From assembly GCA_027366115.1 (NCBI GenBank), contig DAHXLH010000154.1:2753-66752 (forward strand): DNA of 64,000 nt, given 5' to 3'. Made by a program: the position numbers and the translations under genes. This stretch comes from Phycisphaerales bacterium. Its GTDB lineage: Bacteria; Planctomycetota; Phycisphaerae; WQYP01. The notes below the pieces were generated by a model. It was not told the DNA's origin, did no database searches, and saw only the letters and a list, made by a program, of their open reading frames with translations. Shown here in pieces: positions 1 through 10,090 of this stretch. How positions within the stretch are numbered: position 1 is the stretch's first letter; each line of letters opens with the position of its first letter.

Positions 1-2
1 GG

Positions 3-1289
3 CAGATCAGCAGTTACCTGAGCTTATTCTCCGGCGGCAATTTAGGATTAAGCACCATCTTCGGTTTGGGCATCATGCCCTATATCAGTGCCGCGATTAT
101 CTTTCAGTTGCTCGGAACGGTCATTCCCTCTCTGGAAAAACTTCAGAAGGAAGGCGAGCCGGGCATGCGGAAAATTAATGAATGGACGCGCTATGCCACG
201 GTCGTGCTGTGTCTGATTCAGTCTTTTGTCTGGATGGGATATCTGACGCACTCCTCGGCCGGAAGCCCCCACGGATTCTTGTACGCCGACACATTTTATC
301 ACCATTACACCCTGTTCTGGATTTCCGGCCTGGTCGCCCTGACCGCCGGCAGTGTATTTTTAATGTGGCTGGGCGAACAGATTGACGCGTACGGTATTGG
401 TAATGGCGTCTCGCTGATTATTATGGCCGGTATTGTCGCCCGTATGCCGGCGGCCATTCAAGATGTGTGGGATCAATCCTCTTTCCGAGTTTCCTCGGCG
501 GGTTCGCATCCTTATGGCATTGGTACGGTCCTGTTTTTAATCGCGGCGTTTGTGGGTGTTTCCGCAGCCGCTATTACTCTGGAAATGGGGCAACGCCGCA
601 TCGGTATTCAACAGGCCAAACAAATGCGTGGCCGCCGAATGTACGGCGGCATGAGCAATCAATACCTGCCCCTGCGGGTGAATCATGGTGGCGTCATGCC
701 CATCATTTTCGCCAGTTCGCTGATTTTAATTCCCAACGTCCTGCTGGGCTGGCTGGCACCGCGGTTTGGACAATTCTATGCCTTTCAGGTCTTTCAAGAG
801 GCGCTTGAACCCGGCCACTATATTTACATTGTGCTGTATGTCATCATGATTTTCTTCTTTTCATATTTCTGGAATACGGTGCAATTCCAGCCCAAAGAAA
901 TGGCTGATCAATTGCGCGATTACGGCAGCTTTATCCGCAATCTGCGTCCCGGCCCGCGCACGGCTGAATATCTCGAACAGGTGATGACCCGTATTACCTA
1001 TTGCGGCGCCGCTTTTCTGGCCGTAATCGCCCTGATGCCAACCATTGTCGCTCGGTACATGGGTGTGAGCTTTATGATCACGCAGTTTCTGGGGGGAACC
1101 GGGCTGTTGATTGTCGTCAGTGTTCTGCTGGATTTTATTTACCGCGTAGAAGCCAATTTAGTCATGCGCAACTACGGTGGACTGCTGGAAAGCGATACTT
1201 CCGTGGCCTCCCGGAAAAAGCCTTCGGCGGCGCAAGGATCTTCCAAATCACTGCCGGGACGGGATAACATTAAAGGATCAGCCGCATGA
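3..1289 (+). CDS. secY: Preprotein translocase subunit SecY (5' end cut by window edge)
   Basis: The frame is open from the window edge. Translation ...FSGGNLGLSTIFGLGIMPYISAAIIFQLLG... matches the SecY signature. The protein is polytopic and sits upstream of adk-map-infA as in spc operons. Confidence 0.95.
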   Translation, partial: QISSYLSLFSGGNLGLSTIFGLGIMPYISAAIIFQLLGTVIPSLEKLQKEGEPGMRKINEWTRYATVVLCLIQSFVWMGYLTHSSAGSPHGFLYADTFYHHYTLFWISGLVALTAGSVFLMWLGEQIDAYGIGNGVSLIIMAGIVARMPAAIQDVWDQSSFRVSSAGSHPYGIGTVLFLIAAFVGVSAAAITLEMGQRRIGIQQAKQMRGRRMYGGMSNQYLPLRVNHGGVMPIIFASSLILIPNVLLGWLAPRFGQFYAFQVFQEALEPGHYIYIVLYVIMIFFFSYFWNTVQFQPKEMADQLRDYGSFIRNLRPGPRTAEYLEQVMTRITYCGAAFLAVIALMPTIVARYMGVSFMITQFLGGTGLLIVVSVLLDFIYRVEANLVMRNYGGLLESDTSVASRKKPSAAQGSSKSLPGRDNIKGSAA

Positions 1290-1942
1290 GACTGGCTTTG
1301 CTGGGACCCCCTGGGGCGGGCAAAGGCACGCAAGCCATTCGCATTGCGCACCGCATGAAAATCGCCCATCTGTCCAGCGGGGATATTCTCCGATCCGAAA
1401 AGTCATCGGGTACGCCATTGGGTCTCAAAATCCGCGATTTCATTGATCATGGCAAGCTTGTGCCCGACGATCTGATGATTCGTGTCATGGAAGACCGGGT
1501 GGCCCGGATTCATGGCGGATTTGTCCTGGACGGCTTTCCACGCACCATGGTGCAGGCGGCGGATTTGGCCGGCTTTTTGGATTCTATCCACAAGCCGCTG
1601 GATCTGGTGGTAAATTTTGTTCTCGATGAAAAGGTGCTTAGCCGCCGGTTTGAAGGTCGTCGCGTATGTCCGGTGTGTGGGTCGGTTTATCATTTGGATA
1701 CCATGCCCCCGGAAGTTCCCGGATTGTGCGATCAGGATGGTCAAGCCCTGGTAACCCGCCCGGATGATCGGCCCGACGTGGTGCGGGAAAGAATTAAGAC
1801 GTATCGGCTTAGTGTGGAACCGCTGGTTGATTTTTACAAGAAGCGTGAAATTCTTGTAACCCTCGATGCCGCCGGCGCACCCAATGATGTCACGGCCGCG
1901 GTGGTGGAACTGATCCGCGGACATGCCGGAAAGAATCGGTAG
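1286..1942 (+). CDS. adk: Adenylate kinase (zinc-lid type)
   Basis: P-loop GPPGAGKGTQA and lid CPVCGSVYH...CDQD. ATGA start/stop overlap with secY. Confidence 0.95.
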   Translation: MRLALLGPPGAGKGTQAIRIAHRMKIAHLSSGDILRSEKSSGTPLGLKIRDFIDHGKLVPDDLMIRVMEDRVARIHGGFVLDGFPRTMVQAADLAGFLDSIHKPLDLVVNFVLDEKVLSRRFEGRRVCPVCGSVYHLDTMPPEVPGLCDQDGQALVTRPDDRPDVVRERIKTYRLSVEPLVDFYKKREILVTLDAAGAPNDVTAAVVELIRGHAGKNR

Positions 1943-1993
1943 AAAAATAATTCATGCGATGGATTGCCGTTTGGCTTCCACGAGAAAACAGCC

Positions 1994-2776
1994 ATGAAAA
2001 TAACATTAAAATCCCGAAGTGAAATCGATCAGATGCGGGCGGCCGGCCGCGTGGTGCGGCAAACCCTTTCGCGCTGTAGAGAAGCTGTACGGCCGGGCAT
2101 AACCACACAGGAAATCGACCAGATTGCTTATGAAACCTTTACCGCCGCGGGAGCGGAAGGGCTTTTTAAGTATTACCCCACCTATGAACCCGGAAAAGGG
2201 TTTCCCGGCAACACCTGCATCAGCGTTAATGAAGAAGTGGTGCATGGCATTCCCGGCCCGCGGGCTTTAGCCGACGGAGATGTCGTAAGTGTGGATTGCG
2301 GAATTCGCCTGAATGGATGGTGCGGCGATTCGGCGATTACCGTAGGTGTAGGCACGCAATCGCCGGAGAATATCAAGCTCATCCGTGTGGCCGAAGAGAC
2401 GCTGCAACTGGCCATTGATTCCATTCGCCCCGGCGTGCCCTGGTCGGCGGTGGCCCGGAAGATGCAGGCCCATGTGGAATCTCATGGCTTTTCCTGCGTC
2501 CGGGAATTTGTCGGGCACGGTATTGGCCGGCGAATGCACGAAGACCCCAAAGTGCCGAATTTTACCTCCCGGGAATTCGAGCGGCACAGTGATTTTTATC
2601 TGCAAGTCGGCATGGTTCTGGCGGTGGAACCTATGGTCATTGCGGGCAGCGAACAAGTGGTGGTGCTCGATGATGGCTGGACCGTCATCAGTAAGGACGC
2701 CAGCCCGGCGGCGCATGTGGAACATACGATGGCCGTGACACCCGGCGGCTGTGAAGTCTTGACAGATGGGAATTAA
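1994..2776 (+). CDS. map: Methionine aminopeptidase, type I
   Basis: MetAP blocks are present: VVHGIPG, VDCG, FVGHGIG, LAVEPM, VEHT. The ORF opens at 1964, but ATG 1994 (MKITLKSRSEIDQMR) is the usual N-terminus. Confidence 0.9.
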   Translation: MKITLKSRSEIDQMRAAGRVVRQTLSRCREAVRPGITTQEIDQIAYETFTAAGAEGLFKYYPTYEPGKGFPGNTCISVNEEVVHGIPGPRALADGDVVSVDCGIRLNGWCGDSAITVGVGTQSPENIKLIRVAEETLQLAIDSIRPGVPWSAVARKMQAHVESHGFSCVREFVGHGIGRRMHEDPKVPNFTSREFERHSDFYLQVGMVLAVEPMVIAGSEQVVVLDDGWTVISKDASPAAHVEHTMAVTPGGCEVLTDGN

Positions 2777-2809
2777 TCGACGACACTATAAGGTTTACTG
2801 AGGAAACGA

Positions 2810-3025
2810 ATGCCTAAGGAAGACGCCATACGCTTGGAGGCCTTGGTAACAGAGGCCCTGCCGAACGCGATGTTTCGCGTGAAGCTCGAAAACGGACATG
2901 TGCTCCTGGCGCACATATCCGGGAAAATGCGGGTGAATTACATCCGCATTCTCCCCGGAGATAAAGTCACAGTTGAAATGTCGCCCTATGATTTGAACCG
3001 GGGGCGCATTATCACGCGGAATTGA
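2810..3025 (+). CDS. infA: Translation initiation factor IF-1
   Basis: 71-aa S1-like protein: [39 protein letters not shown]...[19 protein letters not shown]. Confidence 0.95.
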   Translation: MPKEDAIRLEALVTEALPNAMFRVKLENGHVLLAHISGKMRVNYIRILPGDKVTVEMSPYDLNRGRIITRN

Positions 3026-3146
3026 TTCGCTTCCCACATAGCCCCTGGCTTTGCCAGGGGATCGCGGTGATTCGAAGGGCCTGCCAAAAAATAGGTACCC
3101 TCGGGACGATGAATATAGTGAGAGCACTGGATTAATTTAAGATTTT

Positions 3147-3155
3147 TGGTATAGT
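3147..3155 (+). promoter_or_regulatory. Candidate extended -10 promoter (TGgTATAGT) for rpmJ-rpsM-rpsK-rpoA-rplQ
   Basis: TGGTATAGT lies about 60 nt upstream of rpmJ and is preceded by the hairpin cccctgg-ctttg-ccagggg (3047-3065). The same -10 flavour (TATAGT/TATAAT) recurs at other predicted promoters in the window. Confidence 0.35.
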
Positions 3156-3214
3156 AAAGAGTTTGCCCCTCGGCTGGAGAGTTCCACCGGGTGGAAGCGA
3201 GTTTGGAGCACGCG

Positions 3215-3331
3215 ATGAAAGTGCGATCTAGCGTTAAGAGAATTTGTGAACATTGCGTCGTAGTGCGCCGAAATGGCGTCTTGCGCGTGATTTGTAAGGC
3301 TGACCCGCGGCATAAGCAGCGCCAGGGTTAA
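3215..3331 (+). CDS. rpmJ: 50S ribosomal protein L36
   Basis: 38 aa, below the ORF-track cutoff: [38 protein letters not shown]. This is the canonical L36 C-x2-C...C...H pattern, in the position between infA and rpsM. Confidence 0.95.
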   Translation: MKVRSSVKRICEHCVVVRRNGVLRVICKADPRHKQRQG

Positions 3332-3438
3332 GTTTGCATGTTCAGCAGGTTATCTCGGAACCTCTTCGTGGCTTCGGCCATGGGCGGGATCTGAAGTTGG
3401 CCTGTATCAGAAACCAGAAAGCCTGTTGAGGAGTTTGT

Positions 3439-3825
3439 ATGCCCCGTATTTCCGGTGTGGATATTCCGCTGGACAAGCCAGTTCGCATCAGCTTGCGATA
3501 TGTATATGGCGTTGGACCGGTCAATGCCATGGGTATTCTCAAGGAAGCCAATATTGATCCGCAAAAGCGGGCCAAAGAGCTTACTGAGGACGAAGTCGCC
3601 CGTATCAGCAATATCATTGACCGAAGCTTTGTTGTGGAAGGTTCCCTGCGTCGGCAAGTCCAACAGAACATTGCCCGACTCAAAGACGTGCAATGCTATC
3701 GCGGATCGCGCCATCGGCGCAGCTTGCCCACACGCGGCCAGCGCACACGCTCCAATGCCCGGACCCGCAAAGGACCGCGCAAGACTGTCGCCGGTAAGAA
3801 GGGCGTGAAGGAACTCCACGGCTAA
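3439..3825 (+). CDS. rpsM: 30S ribosomal protein S13
   Basis: [26 protein letters not shown]... with a basic C-terminus. Operon position supports the call. Confidence 0.95.
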   Translation: MPRISGVDIPLDKPVRISLRYVYGVGPVNAMGILKEANIDPQKRAKELTEDEVARISNIIDRSFVVEGSLRRQVQQNIARLKDVQCYRGSRHRRSLPTRGQRTRSNARTRKGPRKTVAGKKGVKELHG

Positions 3826-3896
3826 TATCGGTCGGACGTAGCGCGGCCAGGGCCGTGGGATGCCCGCCGGAATTTTTTAATCATTGAGGTTATAAC

Positions 3897-4277
3897 ATGG
3901 CAAAAACGGGTAAGAAAAAAGTACGCAAAAACGTGGGCCGGGGAATCGCCCACGTGAAAGCCAGCTTTAACAACACACAAGTAACCATCACGGATGTGAA
4001 TGGCGAAACACTGGCTTGGGATTCCGCCGGAACCGTTGGCTTCAAGGGTGCTCGCAAAAGTACCCCGTTTGCCGCCACCCGTGCCGCGGAAAACTGTGCT
4101 ACCAAAGCCAAGAAATTCGGCGTGCAGGAAATTGAAGTGCGGGTTAAAGGCCCGGGCTCCGGACGTGAATCGGCCATCACCGCCTTGCAGAACAGCGGAT
4201 TAAAAATTACCTCCATCGAGGATAACACCCCGCTTCCGCATAATGGTTGCCGTCCACCGAAAAAACGGCGCGTCTGA
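3897..4277 (+). CDS. rpsK: 30S ribosomal protein S11
   Basis: [30 protein letters not shown]...[13 protein letters not shown]. Confidence 0.95.
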   Translation: MAKTGKKKVRKNVGRGIAHVKASFNNTQVTITDVNGETLAWDSAGTVGFKGARKSTPFAATRAAENCATKAKKFGVQEIEVRVKGPGSGRESAITALQNSGLKITSIEDNTPLPHNGCRPPKKRRV

Positions 4278-4483
4278 TATCAACTGTGTCAGTACCTGAT
4301 GGCCTGGGGCCGGGTGCGACGCGTTGAAAGAGTTGCGTGCCATTGGGTGGGGATTTTCCGCCACGGTGAATATCCGTTGTAACGGATTTCCGCGGTGGTA
4401 AAAAATTTGTAATGTAATTTGTTCCGTTGTGACAGATGCCTTGTGGCGATAATCCTGCGGAATAGTCAGTTAGGAGATTTTTT

Positions 4484-5521
4484 ATGCGAATGCGTTGGCG
4501 TGGTCTTGAACTCCCGACCAAAGTTGAAATTGATAATTCCATTGTCTCAAATACCTATGGAAAATTCGTCGTTGAGCCGTTTGAACGCGGTTTTGGAACC
4601 ACGGTTGGTAATTCCCTGCGGCGTATTTTGCTTAGCTCGCTGGAAGGTGCCGCGGCGGTTTCCGTGCGCATCGCCGGGGCGGAACATGAATTTGCCCAGA
4701 TTCCCGGCGTGGTCGAAGACGTCACCGATATTATTCTCAACGTCAAAGGCCTGGTGGTATCGCTGGAAGGGGATATTCCCAAGACCTTAAGCGTACAGAA
4801 AAAAGGCCCCGGCACCGTTACCGCCGGTGATCTAAAGGGCGATCCTGCCTTGACGGTGCATAACAAAGACCTGGTGTTGGCCACCTTGAATGCCGATACC
4901 AATTTTGATATGGAACTGGACATCCGCAAAGGCCGCGGTTTTGTCACCGCTTCAGAAAATACGCCGGAAGAACAGATCATCGGCGTGATTCCGATTGATT
5001 CGATCTATTCCCCGGTCACCCGCGTGCGTTATAAAACTGAAGATACACGCGTGGGCCAGAAAACCAATTACGATCGTTTGCTGCTGGAAATCTGGACCAA
5101 TGGGACCATTTCTCCGGAATTGGCGTTGGTGGAAGCCGCCAAGATTCTCCGTAAGCATCTCAACGCGTTTCTGCTTCACCTGGATCTGGGTGACGAAATT
5201 GACGCCCCGATGGAAGTCGATGAGCCAACCACGCCGGTTGAGCTTAATGACGAACTCAAAGGCAAGCTCGATCAGCCGCTTTCCATGATGGAATTGTCTG
5301 TGCGGGCCAGCAATTGTCTGGAATCGGCAAAAATTCATACCATCGGTGATCTGGTACGCCTGACGGAAGGCGAATTGATGAAGGTTCGCAGTTTTGGCAA
5401 AACCAGCCTGCGGGAAATCAAGCGCAAGCTCCAGGAAATGGGCTTCTCGCTGGGTATGCAGGTACCCGATGAGGAGGAAGATGTACCGGAAACTGAAGAG
5501 GCCGCTGAAAAGGCCTCTTGA
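4484..5521 (+). CDS. rpoA: DNA-directed RNA polymerase alpha subunit
   Basis: N-terminal domain GKFVVEPFERGFGTTVGNSLRRILLSSLEGAA. C-terminal domain ELSVRASNCLESAKIHTIGDLV, followed by an acidic tail. Confidence 0.95.
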   Translation: MRMRWRGLELPTKVEIDNSIVSNTYGKFVVEPFERGFGTTVGNSLRRILLSSLEGAAAVSVRIAGAEHEFAQIPGVVEDVTDIILNVKGLVVSLEGDIPKTLSVQKKGPGTVTAGDLKGDPALTVHNKDLVLATLNADTNFDMELDIRKGRGFVTASENTPEEQIIGVIPIDSIYSPVTRVRYKTEDTRVGQKTNYDRLLLEIWTNGTISPELALVEAAKILRKHLNAFLLHLDLGDEIDAPMEVDEPTTPVELNDELKGKLDQPLSMMELSVRASNCLESAKIHTIGDLVRLTEGELMKVRSFGKTSLREIKRKLQEMGFSLGMQVPDEEEDVPETEEAAEKAS

Positions 5522-5593
5522 ATTGCCGGTTGATTTTGTTTGTTAATCCGCGGCTTGATCATTTTAAGCCGCCTTATACGCGAGGATATCTCC

Positions 5594-6046
5594 ATGCGTC
5601 ATCGTGTTGTTGGACGAAGACTTTCCCGTACCGCGGCCCACCGTAAGGCCATGTTGCGCAATCTGGCTCAATCCTTATTTGAGCATGGACAGGTTGAAAC
5701 CACCTTGCCCAAAGCCAAGGAATTGGTCCGCTTTATTGAACCTATCATTACCCTGGCCAAGAAAAACACCCTCGCCGCTCGCCGGCTGGTGATTTCCCGC
5801 CTGCGTGATCGGCTTATGGCCGATCCCAAAGATACCGATATGCTCTTGGATGACAGCGTCGTCCAGAAGCTTTTCAAGGATATTGCCCCCGTGTATGCCG
5901 ACCGTCATGGCGGCTACACCCGCATTATCAAAACCGCCAAATGGCGCATTGGTGACGCTGGCGATATTGCCGTGGTGCAATTGGTGGACATCGCGAAAAC
6001 CAAAACCCGCTCCTCCGCCAAACCTGTAGCCGCCGCCGCTACGTAA
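5594..6046 (+). CDS. rplQ: 50S ribosomal protein L17
   Basis: [43 protein letters not shown]. The ORF opens at 5540, but ATG 5594 gives the canonical N-terminus. Confidence 0.93.
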   Translation: MRHRVVGRRLSRTAAHRKAMLRNLAQSLFEHGQVETTLPKAKELVRFIEPIITLAKKNTLAARRLVISRLRDRLMADPKDTDMLLDDSVVQKLFKDIAPVYADRHGGYTRIIKTAKWRIGDAGDIAVVQLVDIAKTKTRSSAKPVAAAAT

Positions 6047-6085
6047 GGCGTACAGTGCCCGAGAACAAGTTTATAAAAACCAAGG

Positions 6086-6117
6086 AAAACCGCCGGAGTC
6101 CCCGGCGGTTTTTTTTC
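6086..6117 (+). terminator. Rho-independent terminator of the alpha operon
   Basis: Stem ccgccgg / ccggcgg (6090-6096 / 6102-6108) with loop agtcc, followed by a T8 run (6109-6116). Confidence 0.85.
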
Positions 6118-6303
6118 AAAAATATGAAACCCAAGTCGGTGACCACCGCCAATTCGCCCAAACCGTCATGGCCGGCGTCGCGGTAAGCTTTTAACCCAGC
6201 TGACCAGCGGGTTGGATGAGGTTACGGTTACAGGGGACAGTGACGGGTGTCGGCTTGGGCCGTGAATAATGCGTGATGAATAAAAATCGGGGAACGACGG
6301 GGA

Positions 6304-6380
6304 CCTCACCGGAGCACCGGATGGCAATCCGGTGGTTGATCTGATGGCACGAACAAACCACCGGGTTGTCACCACGGTGC
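6304..6380. repeat. CCGG-hairpin element, copy A
   Basis: Hairpin caccggat-ggca-atccggtg (6315-6334). An alternative helix ccggtggtt (6329-6337) / aaccaccgg (6356-6364) is also possible. About 75% identical over ~60 nt to the reverse complement of 47020-47080, and in part to 46947-46998. Confidence 0.6.
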
Positions 6381-6408
6381 TCAATAACGTAATGCTTCCC
6401 ACCGCAGA

Positions 6409-7164
6409 TCATGGTTTCAGTTGACTATCGCCATTGTCATTTGGAAGTGTTGCCTCCGCGATCATTTCTCCCACGGCATCCAATGCGCCCAGGGATATAA
6501 GCGCCAGTCGCGCGGCTTCCTGTTCGGCTTCCTTTTTGGTTCGGCCTTGCGTGCCTTCGTAAAATTGCCCTTGCATGTTGACTCGTATGCGAAAGGTTTT
6601 TTTGTGGTCCGGCCCATCTTCGGCAAGAACTTCATAGGTTGGCGTGCAGCCATATTCTCTTTGCGCGTATTGCTGAAGCATGGACTTGAAATTCAACTGA
6701 TGCTCGCCATCCGCGTAATGGTCTACCCAGGGCTGCATGTGCTGGAGGATAAATTTACCGGCGGCCTCAAAACCACCATCTAGATAAATCGCCCCGACCA
6801 CGGATTCAAAGACGCCGGCCGCCAGGCTGCTGGGTAATCGCCCGGACTTATGCATGCCGGGGCCCACGCGGATTAAATCGGTCAGACCAAGGCTATTGCT
6901 GACTTCCGCACAAGTTTTTCGGCTCACCACTGAAGATTTGAGAATCGTGAGTTGCCCTTCCAGCCACTCGGGAAATTGTTCATAGCCTTTCTGGCAAATA
7001 ATCAACCCCAGCACCGCATCTCCCAGAAATTCCAGGCGTTCATTGGAGCTGCGCCGATTGGGTGATGATGAGGCATGGGTGAGGGCTTCATCCAGCAGTT
7101 GCAGATTCTCAAAGCGATAGTCAATGATTCGCTGACACTGTTCCAATACTTCCGGCGCTACCAT
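6409..7164 (-). CDS. rnc: Ribonuclease III
   Basis: RNase III signature ERLEFLGDAVLG plus a C-terminal dsRBD (KTFRIRV...GRTKKEAEQEAA). Confidence 0.93.
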   Translation of the reverse strand: MVAPEVLEQCQRIIDYRFENLQLLDEALTHASSSPNRRSSNERLEFLGDAVLGLIICQKGYEQFPEWLEGQLTILKSSVVSRKTCAEVSNSLGLTDLIRVGPGMHKSGRLPSSLAAGVFESVVGAIYLDGGFEAAGKFILQHMQPWVDHYADGEHQLNFKSMLQQYAQREYGCTPTYEVLAEDGPDHKKTFRIRVNMQGQFYEGTQGRTKKEAEQEAARLALISLGALDAVGEMIAEATLPNDNGDSQLKP

Positions 7165-7315
7165 GAATAAAAACTCCGGCTATGCACAAAAAATCCAGAT
7201 GTGGCGATCCAATACTGGAAAGTCCGGTGCATGATGCAATTCACAATATCTGACTCACGCGAATCGCCCGAACCGCCGAAAGCGGCAGGACGGGCGGTTC
7301 GCGTTACTGCGCTAT

Positions 7316-8362
7316 TCATCGGTCATATTGCCGCAGGAGCGTCAAAAATTCGGCAATATCCCACGGTACCGGCGCTTCCAGGGCCATGCGATTAAACTTA
7401 CTGGGGTGCACAAACTGAAGTTTCCATGCGTGCAGGGCCTGCCGGGAAATCATAGGGTCGGCGGAATCCGCAACCTGCGCGGTAAGATCCCGGCGAGATA
7501 TGGCGCGACCTCCATACATCACATCGCCGACGATAGGAAATCCCACATGGCTTAAATGCACGCGCAACTGGTGGGTACGACCCGTCCTGGGAAATAATTC
7601 CAGCAGTGTAAAGCGCTTAAAGCGTTCCTTAACCTGATAAACCGTCTGGGCGGTGCGGCCAATATCTTCGCGCACCGTATATTTCTCCCGCATGACCGGG
7701 TGCACGCCCAGCGGTGCATCAATAAGATCACTATCCAGCGGGGGGGAACCATGGACAATCGCCAGGTAGGTTTTGCGGATCGATCGCCGCTCAAACTGTC
7801 CGGCCAGCCGCCAATGGGCCTCATCGGTTTTCGCTACAAGAATAAGGCCGGTGGTGTTGCGGTCCAGGCGGTGAATAATTCCCGGCCGCCACGGGTCGCT
7901 GCCGACGGAAAGGGTTCCGGCGGTTTGTTGGGCGTGATAGACCAGAGCGTTGGTCATCGTGCCGGTCCAGTGGCCGCGCGCCGGGTGCACCAGCAAATTG
8001 GTCGGTTTATTAATGGCGATGAAATGATCGTCTTCATACAAAATTTCCAGCGGGATATTTTCGGGCAATATTTCACGTTCGACGGCGGGTGGAACCTGTA
8101 ATTCCACACGATCGCCACTGCGCAAAAGGGTGCTGACTTTGGCGGCTCGGCCATTGACCAGAACGGTGCCGGACTTAATTAATTTTTGCAGCATGGATCG
8201 TGAATGGGTGGAAAGCCGATCCCGCAGATAAATGTCCAGCCGCTTCTGCAAATCGTGGCGGATGTTAAACGTCAACGCTTCCATACCCTCATCGGAATCC
8301 GGCAAGGCCAGCGGTTCGGCAAGTTCCAAGTCATCAGGTTGGGCTTCATCCATAGCCAGCAT
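7316..8362 (-). CDS. RluA-family (RluD-like) rRNA pseudouridine synthase with N-terminal S4 domain
   Basis: Catalytic motif HRLDRNTTGLILVAKT, an S4-like RLDIYL...SRSMLQKLIKSG, and THQLRVH. Confidence 0.88.
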   Translation of the reverse strand: MLAMDEAQPDDLELAEPLALPDSDEGMEALTFNIRHDLQKRLDIYLRDRLSTHSRSMLQKLIKSGTVLVNGRAAKVSTLLRSGDRVELQVPPAVEREILPENIPLEILYEDDHFIAINKPTNLLVHPARGHWTGTMTNALVYHAQQTAGTLSVGSDPWRPGIIHRLDRNTTGLILVAKTDEAHWRLAGQFERRSIRKTYLAIVHGSPPLDSDLIDAPLGVHPVMREKYTVREDIGRTAQTVYQVKERFKRFTLLELFPRTGRTHQLRVHLSHVGFPIVGDVMYGGRAISRRDLTAQVADSADPMISRQALHAWKLQFVHPSKFNRMALEAPVPWDIAEFLTLLRQYDR

Positions 8363-8540
8363 TGTAGCGACTAATTACGTTAAATCTCTGTGGCGCGGTA
8401 TAACTTGAATTTGTGGACAAAGTGGCGTATTATTCATTGCACACTTAACTGGTAGGTGTTGTGTGTAATGGCTGGTTCGCCGCTTGTGCCGCGGATTTAC
8501 TGCGTAATGGCTCATTAGTATTATTGGGATGCGTATCGCG

Positions 8541-9170
8541 ATGGCTGAAACAAAAGCGACTGACATAACTTGGCATCCATCCAAAGTAACTGTGGCAGAG
8601 CGGGCGGCGGCGACGCATAATCGCCCGTGCATTGTCTGGCTGACTGGGCTTTCAGGCTGCGGGAAATCTACCATTGCCGTGGCTCTGGAACATGCGTTAA
8701 TTGCCTCCGGCCATCCGGCGTATGTGCTGGATGGGGATAACTTAAGGCACGGTCTTAATCGTGATCTGGGATTTTCCCCAGAGGACCGGGCGGAGAATAT
8801 CCGGCGGGCAGGCGAATCAGCCCGGCTGCTGGCGGATGCGGGCTTGATTGTCATTGCAAGTTTTATCAGTCCGTATGTCGCTGATAGGCAGCGGGCGCGG
8901 CAACTTGTTGGGCCGGATGAATTTGTGGAAGTGTTTGTCGATGCCTCGGTGGAAGTGTGCGAACAACGCGATCCAAAGGGGCTTTACAAAAAAGCCCGGG
9001 CAGCAGTGGCGGCGGGTAAGCCACTGGGATTTACCGGCATTGATGCACCTTATGAGCCGCCGGTCAATCCGGAAATACATCTAAAAAGCCCAGAACAGTC
9101 CGTGTCGCAGGCTGTGGAAATAATATTCAATTATCTTCGCCGACATGGGCGATTGGTTCAGCAGGGGTGA
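8541..9170 (+). CDS. cysC: Adenylylsulfate (APS) kinase
   Basis: WLTGLSGCGKSTIA P-loop, LDGDNLRHGLN, SFISPY. The ORF opens at 8529 and the start is ambiguous between 8529 and 8541. Confidence 0.9.
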   Translation: MAETKATDITWHPSKVTVAERAAATHNRPCIVWLTGLSGCGKSTIAVALEHALIASGHPAYVLDGDNLRHGLNRDLGFSPEDRAENIRRAGESARLLADAGLIVIASFISPYVADRQRARQLVGPDEFVEVFVDASVEVCEQRDPKGLYKKARAAVAAGKPLGFTGIDAPYEPPVNPEIHLKSPEQSVSQAVEIIFNYLRRHGRLVQQG

Positions 9171-10090
9171 TGGGTAACATGGTCACGCAATACGTTGATT
9201 TACATACGCACAGTACCGCCAGTGATGGCACATTAACGCCCACACAACTTGTCAACAGCGCCAAGGCGGCAGGCCTTGTGGGCTTGGCACTGACGGATCA
9301 TGACAGCGGCAACGGTTTGCTGGAGGCCCAGGCGCATGCGCGGAAAATTGGTTTGCGATTTGTTCCGGGAATTGAAATCTCCGCGGAATATCCGCACCCG
9401 GGAACCATGCACATCCTGGGATATTACATTGATCCGCTTTCAGCGGGGCTTAAGCGTATGAGCGATATTCTGCTGGAAGGGCGAAACAATCGCAATCCGC
9501 GGATTATCGCGCGGCTCAATGAATTAGGTTGCCGCATTACCCTTGAGCAGGTGCAGGCTATTGCCCGGCGCGGATCGGCGGACGGACGGGCAATTGTTTT
9601 AGGGCGGCCGCACATCGCTCAGGCCATGGTGGATGCGGGCTGCGTGAGCAGCGTCAAACAGGCGTTTGATGTTTATCTGGGAACCACCGGGGCGGCCTAT
9701 TTTGATAAAGAGCGCCTGACCCCGCGGCAGGCGATGGAGTGTATTCATGCCGCCGGCGGGTTGGCGGTATTGGCCCATCCCACGCAACTGCGCACGGAAA
9801 ATCCGGCTCAACTGCAACATGTAATAGCCAATCTGGTGGAGGCGGGACTCGATGGTATTGAGGTCTGGCATAGTGATCATCGCCCGCAGGACAGTCAACT
9901 TTTTCTGGAGTTGGCGCGGCGCTACAACCTGATCACCACCGGTGGATCAGATTTTCACGGCACACCCAAGCCGGATATTGCCCTGGGACTCGGGCGGGAC
10001 AATGTGCGCGTGCCCGTGGAATATATGGATCGGCTGGAACAGGCGTGGAGCGCCCGGCGTGCCCGGCAAGGGATGGAGTTGCAAACATGA
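9170..10090 (+). CDS. PHP-domain phosphoesterase (TrpH/YciV family; candidate 3',5'-bisphosphate nucleotidase)
   Basis: N-terminal YVDLHTHSTASDG, with LALTDHD and GGSDFHG PHP metal motifs. The start overlaps the cysC stop; candidates are GTG 9167, ATG 9170 and ATG 9179. Confidence 0.8.
   Translation: MGNMVTQYVDLHTHSTASDGTLTPTQLVNSAKAAGLVGLALTDHDSGNGLLEAQAHARKIGLRFVPGIEISAEYPHPGTMHILGYYIDPLSAGLKRMSDILLEGRNNRNPRIIARLNELGCRITLEQVQAIARRGSADGRAIVLGRPHIAQAMVDAGCVSSVKQAFDVYLGTTGAAYFDKERLTPRQAMECIHAAGGLAVLAHPTQLRTENPAQLQHVIANLVEAGLDGIEVWHSDHRPQDSQLFLELARRYNLITTGGSDFHGTPKPDIALGLGRDNVRVPVEYMDRLEQAWSARRARQGMELQT

Noticed and set aside
6120-6410. Housekeeping RNA gene (6S, SRP, RNase P, tmRNA) in the rplQ-rnc gap
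   Set aside because: None of the conserved sequence blocks I know for SRP, RNase P or tmRNA are present. 6S RNA cannot be excluded by eye, but nothing supports it.
6191-6412. 73-aa ORF coupled to the rnc stop by ATGA
   Set aside because: It is not called as a CDS. Its central part is the CCGG-hairpin element, whose other two copies (46947-47080) fall in different reading frames and on the antisense strand of an operon, so the similarity is at nucleotide or structure level. It is kept as an open question in the findings.
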